NCBI GenBank assembly: GCA_044342265.1
Contig: JBIIQD010000001.1
Location: 1 to 51,303 of the forward strand
Source: Hydrogenophaga sp.
Lineage (GTDB): Bacteria > Pseudomonadota > Gammaproteobacteria > Burkholderiales > Burkholderiaceae_C
Length of the DNA: 51,303 nucleotides
Direction: 5' to 3'
The position numbers and the translations under genes are program-made. A model generated the notes under the pieces. It saw nothing but the letters and a program-made list of their open reading frames with translations, did no database searches and was not told where the DNA came from. Shown here piece after piece: positions 27,475-37,584 of the stretch; the first letter of the stretch is position 1; every line of letters begins with the position of its first letter.

Positions 27475-28622
27475 AGGCGATGAACACCCTGCCCGGCATT
27501 GAAGAAGACCCGCTCGACGGCTGGTGCGGCGATGCCACCTCGGTGGTGGAGTTCCTGCGCCCGCTGCGCGAACAGCTGGACTCCCCTGGCGTGCTGGAGG
27601 TCTGCGTGAACCGCCCCTGCGAGCTGCAGGTGGAAACCGTGAACGGTTGGCAAGCGGTCAACGCACCGGCCATGACGCAGGAGCGTTGCCTGTCCCTGGC
27701 CACGGCGCTGGCCACCTACTGCGACCAGCAGATCAACCAGGAACGCCCGCTGCTGTCGGCCACGCTGCCCACCGGCGAGCGCATCCAGTTCGCCATACCG
27801 CCCGCTGTGCCACGCGGCACCGTGTCCATCACCATCCGCAAGCCGTCGAACGTGGTGCTCCGGCTAAGTGACTTCGAGCAAGACGGTTTGTTCGGCCGCG
27901 TAGGCGAAAAGACAAGCGCACCGAACCCAGAATACAACGATGGCCTGCAGCCCTTTGAGCGCGAGCTGCTGGCCTTGAAAGCCGCTGGCCGATACGCCGA
28001 TTTCATGCGCCTGGCCGTGCGTCACCACCGCACCATCGTGGTCAGTGGCAAAACCGGCTCGGGCAAGACCACCTTCATGAAAGGCCTGGTCGAAGAGGTT
28101 CCCAAACACGAGCGCCTGATCACCATCCAGGACACGGCCGAACTGACCTTGCCCAACCACCCCAACGTGGTTCACCTTTTCTACAGCAAGGACGCCCAAG
28201 GTACGGCCAGGGTCACCGCCAAGTCTTTGCTCGAAGCCTGCCTGCGCATGAAGCCTGACCGCATCTTCCTGGCAGAGCTGCGCGGTGAAGAGTGTTTTTC
28301 CTTCATCCGGCTGGCCGCCTCGGGTCACCCGGGCAGCATCACCAGTGTGCACGCCGGCAGCTGCGATCTGGCGCTGGAACAGATGTCGCTGATGATCCGC
28401 GAAAGCGGAGCGGGTGGCGGCCTTCGCATGGACGAGATCAAGGGCCTGCTGCGCATCGTGATCGATGTCATCGTGCAGTTCGACCGGGACGAACGGGGCC
28501 GCTTCATCGCCGATGTGGCCTACGAACCCCGCCGCAGGCACCACGCAGCCAGCCACAACACGCTCCGCGCCAGCACCCTGCAAGAGCCCAGTGCTTTAGC
28601 GAGCGAGGGATTGCCATCATGA
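27471..28622 (+). CDS. virB11: VirB11 traffic ATPase
   Basis: GKTGSGKTT, ERLITIQD, CLRMKPDRI, SGHPGSITSVH. Confidence 0.95.
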   Translation: MKAMNTLPGIEEDPLDGWCGDATSVVEFLRPLREQLDSPGVLEVCVNRPCELQVETVNGWQAVNAPAMTQERCLSLATALATYCDQQINQERPLLSATLPTGERIQFAIPPAVPRGTVSITIRKPSNVVLRLSDFEQDGLFGRVGEKTSAPNPEYNDGLQPFERELLALKAAGRYADFMRLAVRHHRTIVVSGKTGSGKTTFMKGLVEEVPKHERLITIQDTAELTLPNHPNVVHLFYSKDAQGTARVTAKSLLEACLRMKPDRIFLAELRGEECFSFIRLAASGHPGSITSVHAGSCDLALEQMSLMIRESGAGGGLRMDEIKGLLRIVIDVIVQFDRDERGRFIADVAYEPRRRHHAASHNTLRASTLQEPSALASEGLPS

Positions 28623-30658
28623 GCCAGGCATTGGCCTTGCCTTTCACCGCCTGGTCCGTGGGCCGACGGGTTGCTGCAGGCGCCTTTGCAGCGGTCGTGG
28701 CCACTGCCCTGCTCTGTGCGGCGGTCTACGTCTCGGGGGTGTTTTTTCTACTGCTCAGCAAGACCGATCCCAGGCAGGCCCGGTGGAGCAGCATCACCAC
28801 CTACTGGCAGCTCTATTCGGGCGATCCGGTTTTGCGCCAGCGACTGCTCACCGCCATGGCCCTGTCTGGCGCTGGCTTGATGGTCATCCTGCCCGGCGCG
28901 CTCATCGCAGCGGCCCGGCCACGCCGGGCTCTGCATGGCGACGCACGTTTCGCCTCGACTGGCGAAGTGGCCCGCGCTGGGCTTGTTGATTCGGCCAAAA
29001 ACCCTGAAACCCCGAGCATCCTCATCGGGCGATTCAAAGGCCGCTACCTCGCCCTGCCCGGTCAACTGTCCGTGATGTTGTCCGCCCCCACCCGCAGCGG
29101 CAAGGGTGTGGGCGTGGTGATTCCCAACCTGCTCAACTGGCCCGACTCCGTGGTCGTGCTCGACATCAAAGGCGAAAACCACGCCATCACGGCGGGCTAC
29201 CGCGCCGCCCACGGCCAGGCGGTCTACGCCTTCTCACCGTTCGACGAACAGGCCCGTAGCCACCGCTGGAACCCGCTGACGGCGGTTCGCACCAGCCCGC
29301 TGCACCGGGTGGGCGATCTGCTGGGTATCGGCCAGGTGTTTTTTCCTAACGACGGCAGCGGCACCTCGTCCGAAGCCTTCTTCAACGACCAGGCGCGTAA
29401 CCTGTTTCTGGGCTTGGGCCTGTTGCTGCTGGAAACCCCCGGGCTGCCACGCACCGTCGGCGAAATGCTGCGCCAGTCTTCGGGCAAAGGCCAGCCATTG
29501 AAAGACCACCTAGGCAGTCAGATCACCCAGCGCCGTGAGCAAGGCAATCCGCTCACCGACGAATGCGTCGATGCGCTGCAGCGCTTACTGAGCAACTCGG
29601 AGAACACGCTGTCCAGTGTGGTCGCCACCTTCCATGCGCCGCTCACCATCTTTGCCGATGCGGTGGTCGATGCCGCCACCAGCGCCGACGACTTTCGGCT
29701 CGAAGACCTTCGGCGCCAGCGCATGTCGGTCTACGTGCGCATTCCGCCGCACCGGCTGGCCAATGCCCGCCCCTTGCTCAACCTGTTCTTCTCGCAACTG
29801 GTCAGCCTCAACACACAGCACCTGCCTGAACAAGACCCGAGCCTCCGGTTTCAATGCCTGCTGGTCAATGACGAGTTCACCGCCATGGGCCGCGTGGGCG
29901 TCATCACCCACTCTGCGGCCTTCCTGGCTGGCTACAACCTGCGCCTGCTCACGGTGGTGCAAGCCATGTCGCAGCTGGACGCGGTCTACGGCGACAAAGA
30001 AGCCCGCACCTTCGCCACCAACCACGGCCTGCAGATCCTCTATGCCCCGCGCGAACAGCGCGACGCCGACGAGTACAGCGCCATGCTCGGACACTTCACC
30101 GAGCGCGCCACCTCACGCGGCCGCAGCCGTTCTTTCAGCGGACACGGCCACAGCACCGTCAGCCGCAACGAAAGTGAGCAACGCCGCGCTCTGCTGCTGC
30201 CGCAGGAGTTCAAGGAACTGGGGCGCGAGCGGCTGGTGGTGATCTTCGAAAACTGCAAACCGATCCTCGGCGAAAAGATCCGCTACCACCGGGACAAGGT
30301 GTTTCTAACCCGCCTGCGCCCCGCCCCAGCGGTGCCCCGGATGAACATGGACTTGTACCAGGCCAAGGTCCAGCAACGCTGGTGTTATGCCGACGACGAT
30401 CTTCCGCCCGAGATGCACACCCTGGACCTCGAAGCGCTGGCCCACGACATCCAGTTGGCACCCGAGGTGCTGAACGGCCCCCCCGGCAAAGCGGCCGACA
30501 CCTTGCTCGACCGCTTCGAGCAGAGCAAGGCCGTTCAAGACGGTGGTGGCTCGATCGAGCCCGCCGACGAAGACGCAGCCGATGAAAGCACCACAGCCCC
30601 ACCCCTGCCTGCTGAGGATGGTGGACCTCAGGTGGAGATCACAGGAGAACGCCCATGA
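28619..30658 (+). CDS. virD4: VirD4/TraG coupling protein
   Basis: LHGDARFA, APTRSGKGVG, VVLDIKGE, WNPL, LVNDEF; acidic C-terminal tail. Confidence 0.95.
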   Translation: MSQALALPFTAWSVGRRVAAGAFAAVVATALLCAAVYVSGVFFLLLSKTDPRQARWSSITTYWQLYSGDPVLRQRLLTAMALSGAGLMVILPGALIAAARPRRALHGDARFASTGEVARAGLVDSAKNPETPSILIGRFKGRYLALPGQLSVMLSAPTRSGKGVGVVIPNLLNWPDSVVVLDIKGENHAITAGYRAAHGQAVYAFSPFDEQARSHRWNPLTAVRTSPLHRVGDLLGIGQVFFPNDGSGTSSEAFFNDQARNLFLGLGLLLLETPGLPRTVGEMLRQSSGKGQPLKDHLGSQITQRREQGNPLTDECVDALQRLLSNSENTLSSVVATFHAPLTIFADAVVDAATSADDFRLEDLRRQRMSVYVRIPPHRLANARPLLNLFFSQLVSLNTQHLPEQDPSLRFQCLLVNDEFTAMGRVGVITHSAAFLAGYNLRLLTVVQAMSQLDAVYGDKEARTFATNHGLQILYAPREQRDADEYSAMLGHFTERATSRGRSRSFSGHGHSTVSRNESEQRRALLLPQEFKELGRERLVVIFENCKPILGEKIRYHRDKVFLTRLRPAPAVPRMNMDLYQAKVQQRWCYADDDLPPEMHTLDLEALAHDIQLAPEVLNGPPGKAADTLLDRFEQSKAVQDGGGSIEPADEDAADESTTAPPLPAEDGGPQVEITGERP

Positions 30659-31299
30659 CCACCCCTTTCAATCGTTTCGCATGGACCGGCCTACTGAGCT
30701 TGACGCTGGTTGCCTGCAGCTCGCCGCCCAAGCCACCAACGGTGGACGAAACCCAGAAGCGACCCGCCAACGCCCAGATTGACGTCGAGCTGCAGGTCTG
30801 CAAAAACGATTTGCAGAACACCCGCATCCTGGCCACCGAATCCAGCCGCCTGGCCGAGACCACGGCCGCCACGTTGGCCCACATAGCGGCTCGTCAACAG
30901 CTGTTGGCGTCGATCCAGGAGAAAGCAGCGGCCAACAGCCTGCGCATCGTCCACTTCGCTTTCAACAGCACGCAGGTGTCCATCCCAACGGCTGAAGCCT
31001 TGACGCTGGTGGAGGAAGCCAAGGTCGCGCCGCTGGTGCTGTTGCGAGGGCGCACCGATGGCACGGCGGACACATCTGATGAAAGCCGCATCGCTCAGGC
31101 CCGCGCCAACGCGGTTCGCGACTACCTGGTTGCCTCCGGCGTAGACCCCACCCGAATCCGCACCACCCATCAACCCAGCGGCGACCACCTGGCCGACAAC
31201 CGCAACCCCCAGGGCCGCAGCCTCAACCGCCGGGTCGAGATCGAGGTGTACCGCATCTTGCCCATTGCAAAACAAACAGCGTTGCCGCAGCAGCCCTGA
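30655..31299 (+). CDS. OmpA-domain lipoprotein
   Basis: Lipobox LVAC, then SSPPKPP; FAFNS, GRTD, RANAVRDYL, NRRVEI. Confidence 0.88.
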   Translation: MTTPFNRFAWTGLLSLTLVACSSPPKPPTVDETQKRPANAQIDVELQVCKNDLQNTRILATESSRLAETTAATLAHIAARQQLLASIQEKAAANSLRIVHFAFNSTQVSIPTAEALTLVEEAKVAPLVLLRGRTDGTADTSDESRIAQARANAVRDYLVASGVDPTRIRTTHQPSGDHLADNRNPQGRSLNRRVEIEVYRILPIAKQTALPQQP

Positions 31300-31336
31300 C
31301 CCATCCGCCAGCAAGCTCCAACCACAGGAGGTTTCC

Positions 31337-32506
31337 ATGGACGACAGCAATGCCCCCAGCCAACGTGTGAACCGGTCCATTCCGGACGCCCCAACATCGC
31401 AAGGCGGCACGGTGGAACCCGCCAACCGCGCCCCGGTGGCCATCCGGAAGTTCCAGACGCCCGAACCAGAGCCAGGCGAGCGCTACGAACTGCGCGACCC
31501 CTTCGCCGACCTCACCTACCGCAGCGACCGTTTTCAGGACATGGTGGCCAAAGCCGATCAGCTCGGGGCCAACCGTTTTGTGGTGCTAGATGCAAGGGAC
31601 CAAAGGTCGTTCATACACAAGGTGGATGGCCAGTGGCAGCGCGAAGAACCGCGCGATCCACAACGCGACGGGCAAGCCATCCCATGGGCGGCCTCCAGCC
31701 CAGAGCCCAATACACAGCAGGCGCCCACCAACGTCATCCCCCTGCCTTCGGCGCAAAAGGAGCCACTGGCGCAAGTGACCTCTGATCTGCAAGCCTCAGC
31801 GCGAATGGATGCCCAGGCCGAGCGCGCCGCCTTGGTGGCCAAGCTCGAAGCCTCCTTGCTGGACCGCTACCTCATCAAACGGGCCCCGATCACCGTGGGT
31901 GACGTCAAGATCGGCCTGACCGAGTACCGGTTCAAAGGTGACACCTCGCGTGTTGCTTTCACCGAATCCACCTTCCGACTGGCCACGGAAACCAACAGCC
32001 CGTCCGTGGCCCGGTCCATGGTGGACGTCGCCGAGGCCCGCAACTGGCATTCCCTGCGGGTGTCCGGCAATGAGGACTTCAAACGCCTGGTGTGGCTGGA
32101 AGCCGCCGCTCGCGGTGTGAAGACGCTGGGCTACGAACCCAACCCTGCCGATCTCGAACGCCTCAAGGTGGAACGCGAGCTGCGCCAAGTCAACCGCATC
32201 GAACCTGGCCGGGAATCGAACACCAGCCAGGGCAGCTCACCCGGCGACAAACCTGCTGGCCGTGGAAGTGGTGGACGCAAAGCTGTTCTGGCTGCCGTCG
32301 AAGCCATTCTGGTGGCCAATCGCGTTCCCGAGAAGCAGCGTATGGCCATCATGGCGGCTGCCACCGAAAAGCTGGCCCAACGCATCCGCGACGGCCACAC
32401 GCTCAAGGTTAAGGTCTACGACAAAAACGCCCCGTCCCAGCGTCCGGCCGTGGTGCCCAAGCAAGAACAACAGCGCACCCGCGTGCGGGCAGCGCCCGTG
32501 CGGTGA
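31337..32506 (+). CDS. LPD7 (large polyvalent protein domain 7)-containing protein
   Basis: AFTESTFRLAT...ARSMVDVAEARNWHSLRVSGNEDFKRLVWLEAAARGVKTLGYEP pattern. Confidence 0.75.
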   Translation: MDDSNAPSQRVNRSIPDAPTSQGGTVEPANRAPVAIRKFQTPEPEPGERYELRDPFADLTYRSDRFQDMVAKADQLGANRFVVLDARDQRSFIHKVDGQWQREEPRDPQRDGQAIPWAASSPEPNTQQAPTNVIPLPSAQKEPLAQVTSDLQASARMDAQAERAALVAKLEASLLDRYLIKRAPITVGDVKIGLTEYRFKGDTSRVAFTESTFRLATETNSPSVARSMVDVAEARNWHSLRVSGNEDFKRLVWLEAAARGVKTLGYEPNPADLERLKVERELRQVNRIEPGRESNTSQGSSPGDKPAGRGSGGRKAVLAAVEAILVANRVPEKQRMAIMAAATEKLAQRIRDGHTLKVKVYDKNAPSQRPAVVPKQEQQRTRVRAAPVR

Positions 32507-32516
32507 GGGTGCCACC

Positions 32517-33842
32517 ATGCACAGCGACACGGTGTCGCCAGCGGTTTACGAGATTGCTGGGAAACGCTGGCCAAAAGACGCGCCTGGTTTCTCTGAAGCC
32601 ATCGCGTATGCCTTCGAGCACCGCTTGCGCCCACGCTGCCTTTGTCGGAAGAATTCCGACGGTCAGGGCATCGAGATGTATGTGGCCCGTCTCATGGACG
32701 GCTACATCGTCAAGCGAATGCCCAACACAGGCAGCCAACATGCCCCCAATTGCCCTTCGTACGAGCCGCCGGCCGAGCATTCAGGACTTGGTCCATTGCT
32801 GGGCTCCGCCATTGTCGAAAACCCGGCCACTGGTGAAACAGCGTTGAAGCTCGACTTTCCCATGACCAAGCTGCAGGGGCGCTCCACGCAGCCCACGGCA
32901 ACCACTGCCAGCAACAGCGTCGCCAGCCAGGGCCAGAGACTGACCCTCCGCAGCCTGCTGCACTATCTGTGGGATCAGGCTGAACTTACCCACTGGAAAC
33001 CAGGCTTTGTCGGCCGTCGCTCCTGGACCACTGTGCGCCGACACCTGCTGTGTGCTGCCGAAAACAAGGTCGCTCGGGGGCACCCACTCCTGACAAGTCT
33101 CTACATCCCCGAAACGTTCTCGGTAGAGCAACGCGAGGCCATCAACCATAGGCGCCTCCAACGATGGGGGCCCGCTCGCCCCACACCGGGTGCACCCCAG
33201 CAGTTGATGCTAATGGTTGCCGAAGTGAAAGAAGTGGTGCCTGCCCGGTTTGGCTACAAGCTGATCATCAAGCACGTGCCCGACCAAGCGTTTGGCGTTG
33301 ATGAAACGCTGTACCGAAGGCTTTGCCGATGCTTCGAACGCGAGCTGGCCATTTGGAACGCTGCCGATGAACTTCACATGCTGGTGATTGCCTCTTTCAA
33401 ATTGGATGAGTCGGGCATTCCAAGCATCGTCGAAATGTCGATGGTCCCGGTATCTCCGCAATGGCTTCCCATTGAAGATCAATTCGACCGACTGCTGGTC
33501 GAAGAACTGGTGAGAAATGAGCGTTCATTCATCAAATGCCAGCGCTACAACCTGCAACCGTCCATGGTGATACCAAGCGCCAGCCTCACCGATTGCGGTG
33601 AACTGCCACAGCTGCTTGTCATTGCACGACCGGCAAACGACGGTGCCGACTTCCGCAGCGCGCTACAACAAATGGCTGATTTGGACGAACCTTCCCCCTG
33701 GATATGGAATACGTCCAGCGAGGCCATGCCAGTCTTGCCGAGAAAGAAGTCTGCAAATCCTGGAGTACCAGAGTTGCGAAGTGCGCAGTGCGCAGTGCGC
33801 AGTGCAATCGACACACCCCTGTTGAATCTACCCGTGCGTTGA
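32517..33842 (+). CDS. DUF1173 family protein
   Basis: RPRCLC...MYVAR...KRMPNTGSQHAPNCPSY, LRSLLHYLWDQAEL. Confidence 0.78.
   Translation: MHSDTVSPAVYEIAGKRWPKDAPGFSEAIAYAFEHRLRPRCLCRKNSDGQGIEMYVARLMDGYIVKRMPNTGSQHAPNCPSYEPPAEHSGLGPLLGSAIVENPATGETALKLDFPMTKLQGRSTQPTATTASNSVASQGQRLTLRSLLHYLWDQAELTHWKPGFVGRRSWTTVRRHLLCAAENKVARGHPLLTSLYIPETFSVEQREAINHRRLQRWGPARPTPGAPQQLMLMVAEVKEVVPARFGYKLIIKHVPDQAFGVDETLYRRLCRCFERELAIWNAADELHMLVIASFKLDESGIPSIVEMSMVPVSPQWLPIEDQFDRLLVEELVRNERSFIKCQRYNLQPSMVIPSASLTDCGELPQLLVIARPANDGADFRSALQQMADLDEPSPWIWNTSSEAMPVLPRKKSANPGVPELRSAQCAVRSAIDTPLLNLPVR
33781..33805. repeat. 7-bp tandem repeat (GTGCGCA)x3 plus a partial copy
   Basis: GTGCGCAGTGCGCAGTGCGCAGTGC in the DUF1173 tail. 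Confidence 0.85.
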
Positions 33843-33907
33843 CAGGCTAGACTGGTGAGAGAACGTAACATGACGCGAACCACACTTTTCTGCCTCGGGC
33901 CCGTCGG

Positions 33908-36900
33908 ATGTCTTCCCTCTTCTTCGAAAAACCCATCCTCAACTCGCCCTACCTGTACCCCAACAGGCACTGGGAGCTGGACTCATCGGGCCAACCCACC
34001 CAGCAAATAGCCGACTCTCGCCGCACAGCTGAGTTCATCACCCCGATCCCCCAGCCCAAAAAGCGCAAGGGCAAGTCCGAACAGGCCGAACTCGACATCG
34101 CCGACGAGGTGTCAGACGAAGAGCAGAAGTACCACTCCGCCATCATCAACGGGGTGCGCGCAGAAGTGGACAAGTGGCGCAGCATCCCCAACCCGAACGA
34201 CTGGGGCGTCACCCCCGAAACGGCCAGACTCCTGCAGCACTGGCGCCACCACAACTTCAGTGGTGTGCGCCCCTTCTTTTGTCAGGTCGAAGCGGTTGAA
34301 ACCGCCATCTGGTTGACCGAGGTGGCCCCAACGCGGGGTCGCATGGCCAAGACCTTTCTGGACCACCTTCAGCGTTCCAACGAAGAAGCCAACCCCGGCC
34401 TGATGCGCCTGGCGCTCAAACTGGCCACTGGCGCGGGCAAAACCACCGTCATGGCCATGCTCATTGCCTGGCAAACCATCAACGCCGTGCGCCATGAAAA
34501 CAGCAAGCGGTTTGCCAAGTGCTTTCTGCTGGTGGCTCCAGGCCTGACCATCAAAGACCGGCTGCGCGTACTGCTGCCAAACGACGCGGAGAGCTACTAC
34601 AAAACCCGTGAACTCGTGCCGGCCGACATGATGGCCGATCTGGAGCGGTGCAAGATCGTCATCACCAACTACCACGCCTTCAAACTGCGCGAGCGGCTGG
34701 AAGTGGCCAAAGGCACTCGGCTGCTGTTGCAAGGCCGTGGCAACGATGCCTTGAATACGCTGGAAACCGAAGGCCAGATGATCCAACGCGTCATGCCCAC
34801 GCTGATGGGCGCCAAGCGGGTCATGGTCATCAACGACGAGGCGCACCACTGCTACCAGGAGAAACCCGTTAAGGTCCAAGACGACGACCTCAAGGGAGAC
34901 GACAAGAAAGAAGCCGAAGAGAACAACGAAGCCGCCCGTTTGTGGATCAACGGCATCAAGGCAGTACAGCGTCAGCTGGGCTTGAGCCAGGTCATCGACC
35001 TCTCGGCCACGCCGTTCTTCCTGCGCGGCTCCGGCTACGCCGAAGGCACCCTCTTCCCCTGGACCATGAGCGACTTTTCACTCATGGACGCCATCGAATG
35101 CGGCATCGTCAAACTGCCCCGCGTACCGGTGGCCGACAACATCCCCGGCACCGATGTCCCCATCTTCCGTAACCTGTGGGAGAACATCAGCAAGGACATG
35201 CCCAAGAAAGGCAGGGGCAAAGCCGAAGGGCTGGACCCGCTCAAGCTGCCCACCAAGTTGCAGACCGCCCTGTCGGCGCTCTACGGCCACTACGAAAAGA
35301 CCTACCAAGTCTGGCAAGGAGCAGGCATTCACGTGCCGCCTTGCTTCATCGTGGTGTGCAACAACACCTCCACCTCCAAGCTGGTGTACGACTACATCTC
35401 CGGCTTCATGCGCCGCAACGAAGACGGCACCGAACAGCTCGAAAACGGCCGCCTCGCTCTGTTCCGAAACTTCGACGAATACGACCGGCCCTTAGCCCGC
35501 CCGCACACACTGCTCATCGACAGCGAACAGCTGGAAAGCGGCGAAGCGCTGGACGACAACTTCCGCAGCATGGCTGGGCCGGAGATCGAGCACTTCCGCC
35601 GCGAGATCATCGAACGCACGGGTGACCGCCAGGCCGCCGACAAGATCACCGACGCCGAGTTGCTGCGTGAAGTCATGAACACCGTGGGCAAGCCCGGTCG
35701 CCTGGGCGAATCCATCCGCTGCGTGGTCTCCGTCTCCATGCTCACCGAGGGCTGGGACGCCAACACCGTCACCCACGTGCTGGGCGTGCGCGCCTTTGGC
35801 ACCCAGTTGCTGTGCGAGCAGGTCATTGGCCGCGCGCTGCGCCGACAGTCGTATGAGCTGAACGCCGATGGCCTGTTCGACGTGGAGTATGCGGACGTGC
35901 TGGGCATCCCTTTCGACTTCAACGCCGAACCCGCCATCGCCAAGCCCCTGAAGCCGCGCGTCACGGTCACCGTCAAAGCCATCAAACCGGACCGCGACGC
36001 CCACGAGATCCGCTTCCCCCGCGTGCAGGGCTACCGCGTCGTGTTGCCCGAAGAAGCCATTGGCGCCGAGTTCAACGCCGACTCAAAACTCGTGCTCACG
36101 CCGGAGCTGGTTGGCCCGTCCATCACCCGGCAAGAAGGAATCATCGGCGAGGGTGTCAACCTCACCCTGGCCCACACGCGCGACATGCGCACCTCCACCC
36201 TGCTGATGCACCTGACCAAGCACCTGCTCTACAGCAAGTTCCGCGACCCAGGCGAAGAACCCAAGCTGCACCTGTTCGGCCAGCTCAAGCGCATCGTCAA
36301 GCAGTGGCTGGACGAGTACCTGGTTCCCGTTGGCGACACCTACCCCGCCCAGCTCTGCTACCTGGAGCTGGCCGACCGCGCCTGCGAACGCATCAAGCAG
36401 GCCATCGACCGCGCCAGCATCGAAAAAGGCAGCAGCCAGATACAGGCCGTGCTCGACCCCTACAACCCGGTCGGCACCACCGCCCATGTGAACTTCACCA
36501 CCACCAAGACCGACCGCTGGGAAGCCAGCAGCGAACACTGCCACCTCAACTGGCTGATCATGGACAGCGACTGGGAAGCCGAGTTCTGCCGCGCGGCCGA
36601 ATCGCACCCCCAGGTGCGCAGCTACGTAAAGAACCACAACCTGGGTTTTGAGGTGCCTTACCTTGTGGGAGCTGAAACGCGCCGCTACCGGCCCGACTTC
36701 ATCTTGCGCATCGACGACGGTCGCGGCGAGGACGACCTGCTCAACCTCGTGGTGGAAATCAAAGGCTACCGGGGTGAAGACGCCAAAGACAAAAAAGCCG
36801 CCATGGAAACCCGCTGGTTGCCCGGCGTCAACGCCTTGCAGACGCACGGCCGCTGGGCCTTTGCCGAGTTCACCGACGTGTACGCCATGCAGTCCGACTT

Positions 36901-36955
36901 TGCTGACAAGGTCGCAGCCGCTTTCAGCGGCATGTTGAAGCCCCAGCCTGCTTGA
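33908..36955 (+). CDS. res: Type III-like restriction endonuclease/SF2 helicase (Res, BPTD_3080-like)
   Basis: [29 protein letters not shown]; C-terminal PDF...EIKG nuclease motif. Confidence 0.9.
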   Translation: MSSLFFEKPILNSPYLYPNRHWELDSSGQPTQQIADSRRTAEFITPIPQPKKRKGKSEQAELDIADEVSDEEQKYHSAIINGVRAEVDKWRSIPNPNDWGVTPETARLLQHWRHHNFSGVRPFFCQVEAVETAIWLTEVAPTRGRMAKTFLDHLQRSNEEANPGLMRLALKLATGAGKTTVMAMLIAWQTINAVRHENSKRFAKCFLLVAPGLTIKDRLRVLLPNDAESYYKTRELVPADMMADLERCKIVITNYHAFKLRERLEVAKGTRLLLQGRGNDALNTLETEGQMIQRVMPTLMGAKRVMVINDEAHHCYQEKPVKVQDDDLKGDDKKEAEENNEAARLWINGIKAVQRQLGLSQVIDLSATPFFLRGSGYAEGTLFPWTMSDFSLMDAIECGIVKLPRVPVADNIPGTDVPIFRNLWENISKDMPKKGRGKAEGLDPLKLPTKLQTALSALYGHYEKTYQVWQGAGIHVPPCFIVVCNNTSTSKLVYDYISGFMRRNEDGTEQLENGRLALFRNFDEYDRPLARPHTLLIDSEQLESGEALDDNFRSMAGPEIEHFRREIIERTGDRQAADKITDAELLREVMNTVGKPGRLGESIRCVVSVSMLTEGWDANTVTHVLGVRAFGTQLLCEQVIGRALRRQSYELNADGLFDVEYADVLGIPFDFNAEPAIAKPLKPRVTVTVKAIKPDRDAHEIRFPRVQGYRVVLPEEAIGAEFNADSKLVLTPELVGPSITRQEGIIGEGVNLTLAHTRDMRTSTLLMHLTKHLLYSKFRDPGEEPKLHLFGQLKRIVKQWLDEYLVPVGDTYPAQLCYLELADRACERIKQAIDRASIEKGSSQIQAVLDPYNPVGTTAHVNFTTTKTDRWEASSEHCHLNWLIMDSDWEAEFCRAAESHPQVRSYVKNHNLGFEVPYLVGAETRRYRPDFILRIDDGRGEDDLLNLVVEIKGYRGEDAKDKKAAMETRWLPGVNALQTHGRWAFAEFTDVYAMQSDFADKVAAAFSGMLKPQPA

Positions 36956-36996
36956 ACGAACCGGACGACAACAAAAACAATCAGGAGGAACAGCAA

Positions 36997-37575
36997 ATGG
37001 CCACCCGCAAACCCGCAGCCGATCCACCAGTCCGGCCAGCTCCGTCACGCAGCGAAAACGGCAGCGCGCTCGCCGCCCTGCCCGGCCAGCAAAGCCTGGC
37101 CCAGCTCGTGCACCTGGTGCGAGGAGAAAAGGTGCTGCTCGACGCCGACCTGGCCATGCTCTACGGCGTGGAAACTGGCGCCCTGAACCGCGCCGTTAAG
37201 CGCAATCTGGACCGGTTCCCGGCCGACTTCATGTTCCAGCTCAGCGCCCCCGAGTGGGAGAACTTGAGATGCCAGATTGGCATTTCAAGTGCGCACGGCG
37301 GCCGCCGTGGCACGCCCTACGCCTTTACCGAACAAGGCGTGGCCATGCTCTCCAGCGTGTTGCACTCCCAGCGCGCGGTGCAGGTCAACATCGCCATCAT
37401 GCGCACCTTCGTGCAGTTGCGCCGCCTCATGGACAGCAACCGCGACCTCGCCCGCCGCATCGACGCACTCGAATCCCGCTACGACGAACAGTTTTCCGCC
37501 GTGTTCGACGCCATCAAACAACTCATCACCGACGACAAGCAGCGCAAGACCAAGCGCCCCATCGGCTTTCTGTGA
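36997..37575 (+). CDS. ORF6N-domain DNA-binding protein
   Basis: [60 protein letters not shown]; RBS AGGAGG. Confidence 0.9.
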   Translation: MATRKPAADPPVRPAPSRSENGSALAALPGQQSLAQLVHLVRGEKVLLDADLAMLYGVETGALNRAVKRNLDRFPADFMFQLSAPEWENLRCQIGISSAHGGRRGTPYAFTEQGVAMLSSVLHSQRAVQVNIAIMRTFVQLRRLMDSNRDLARRIDALESRYDEQFSAVFDAIKQLITDDKQRKTKRPIGFL

Positions 37576-37584
37576 CCCCCGACC

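Noticed and set aside
33839-33871. Sigma70 promoter for res (TTGACA...TAACAT)
   Set aside because: The spacer is 21 bp, too long for a standard promoter.
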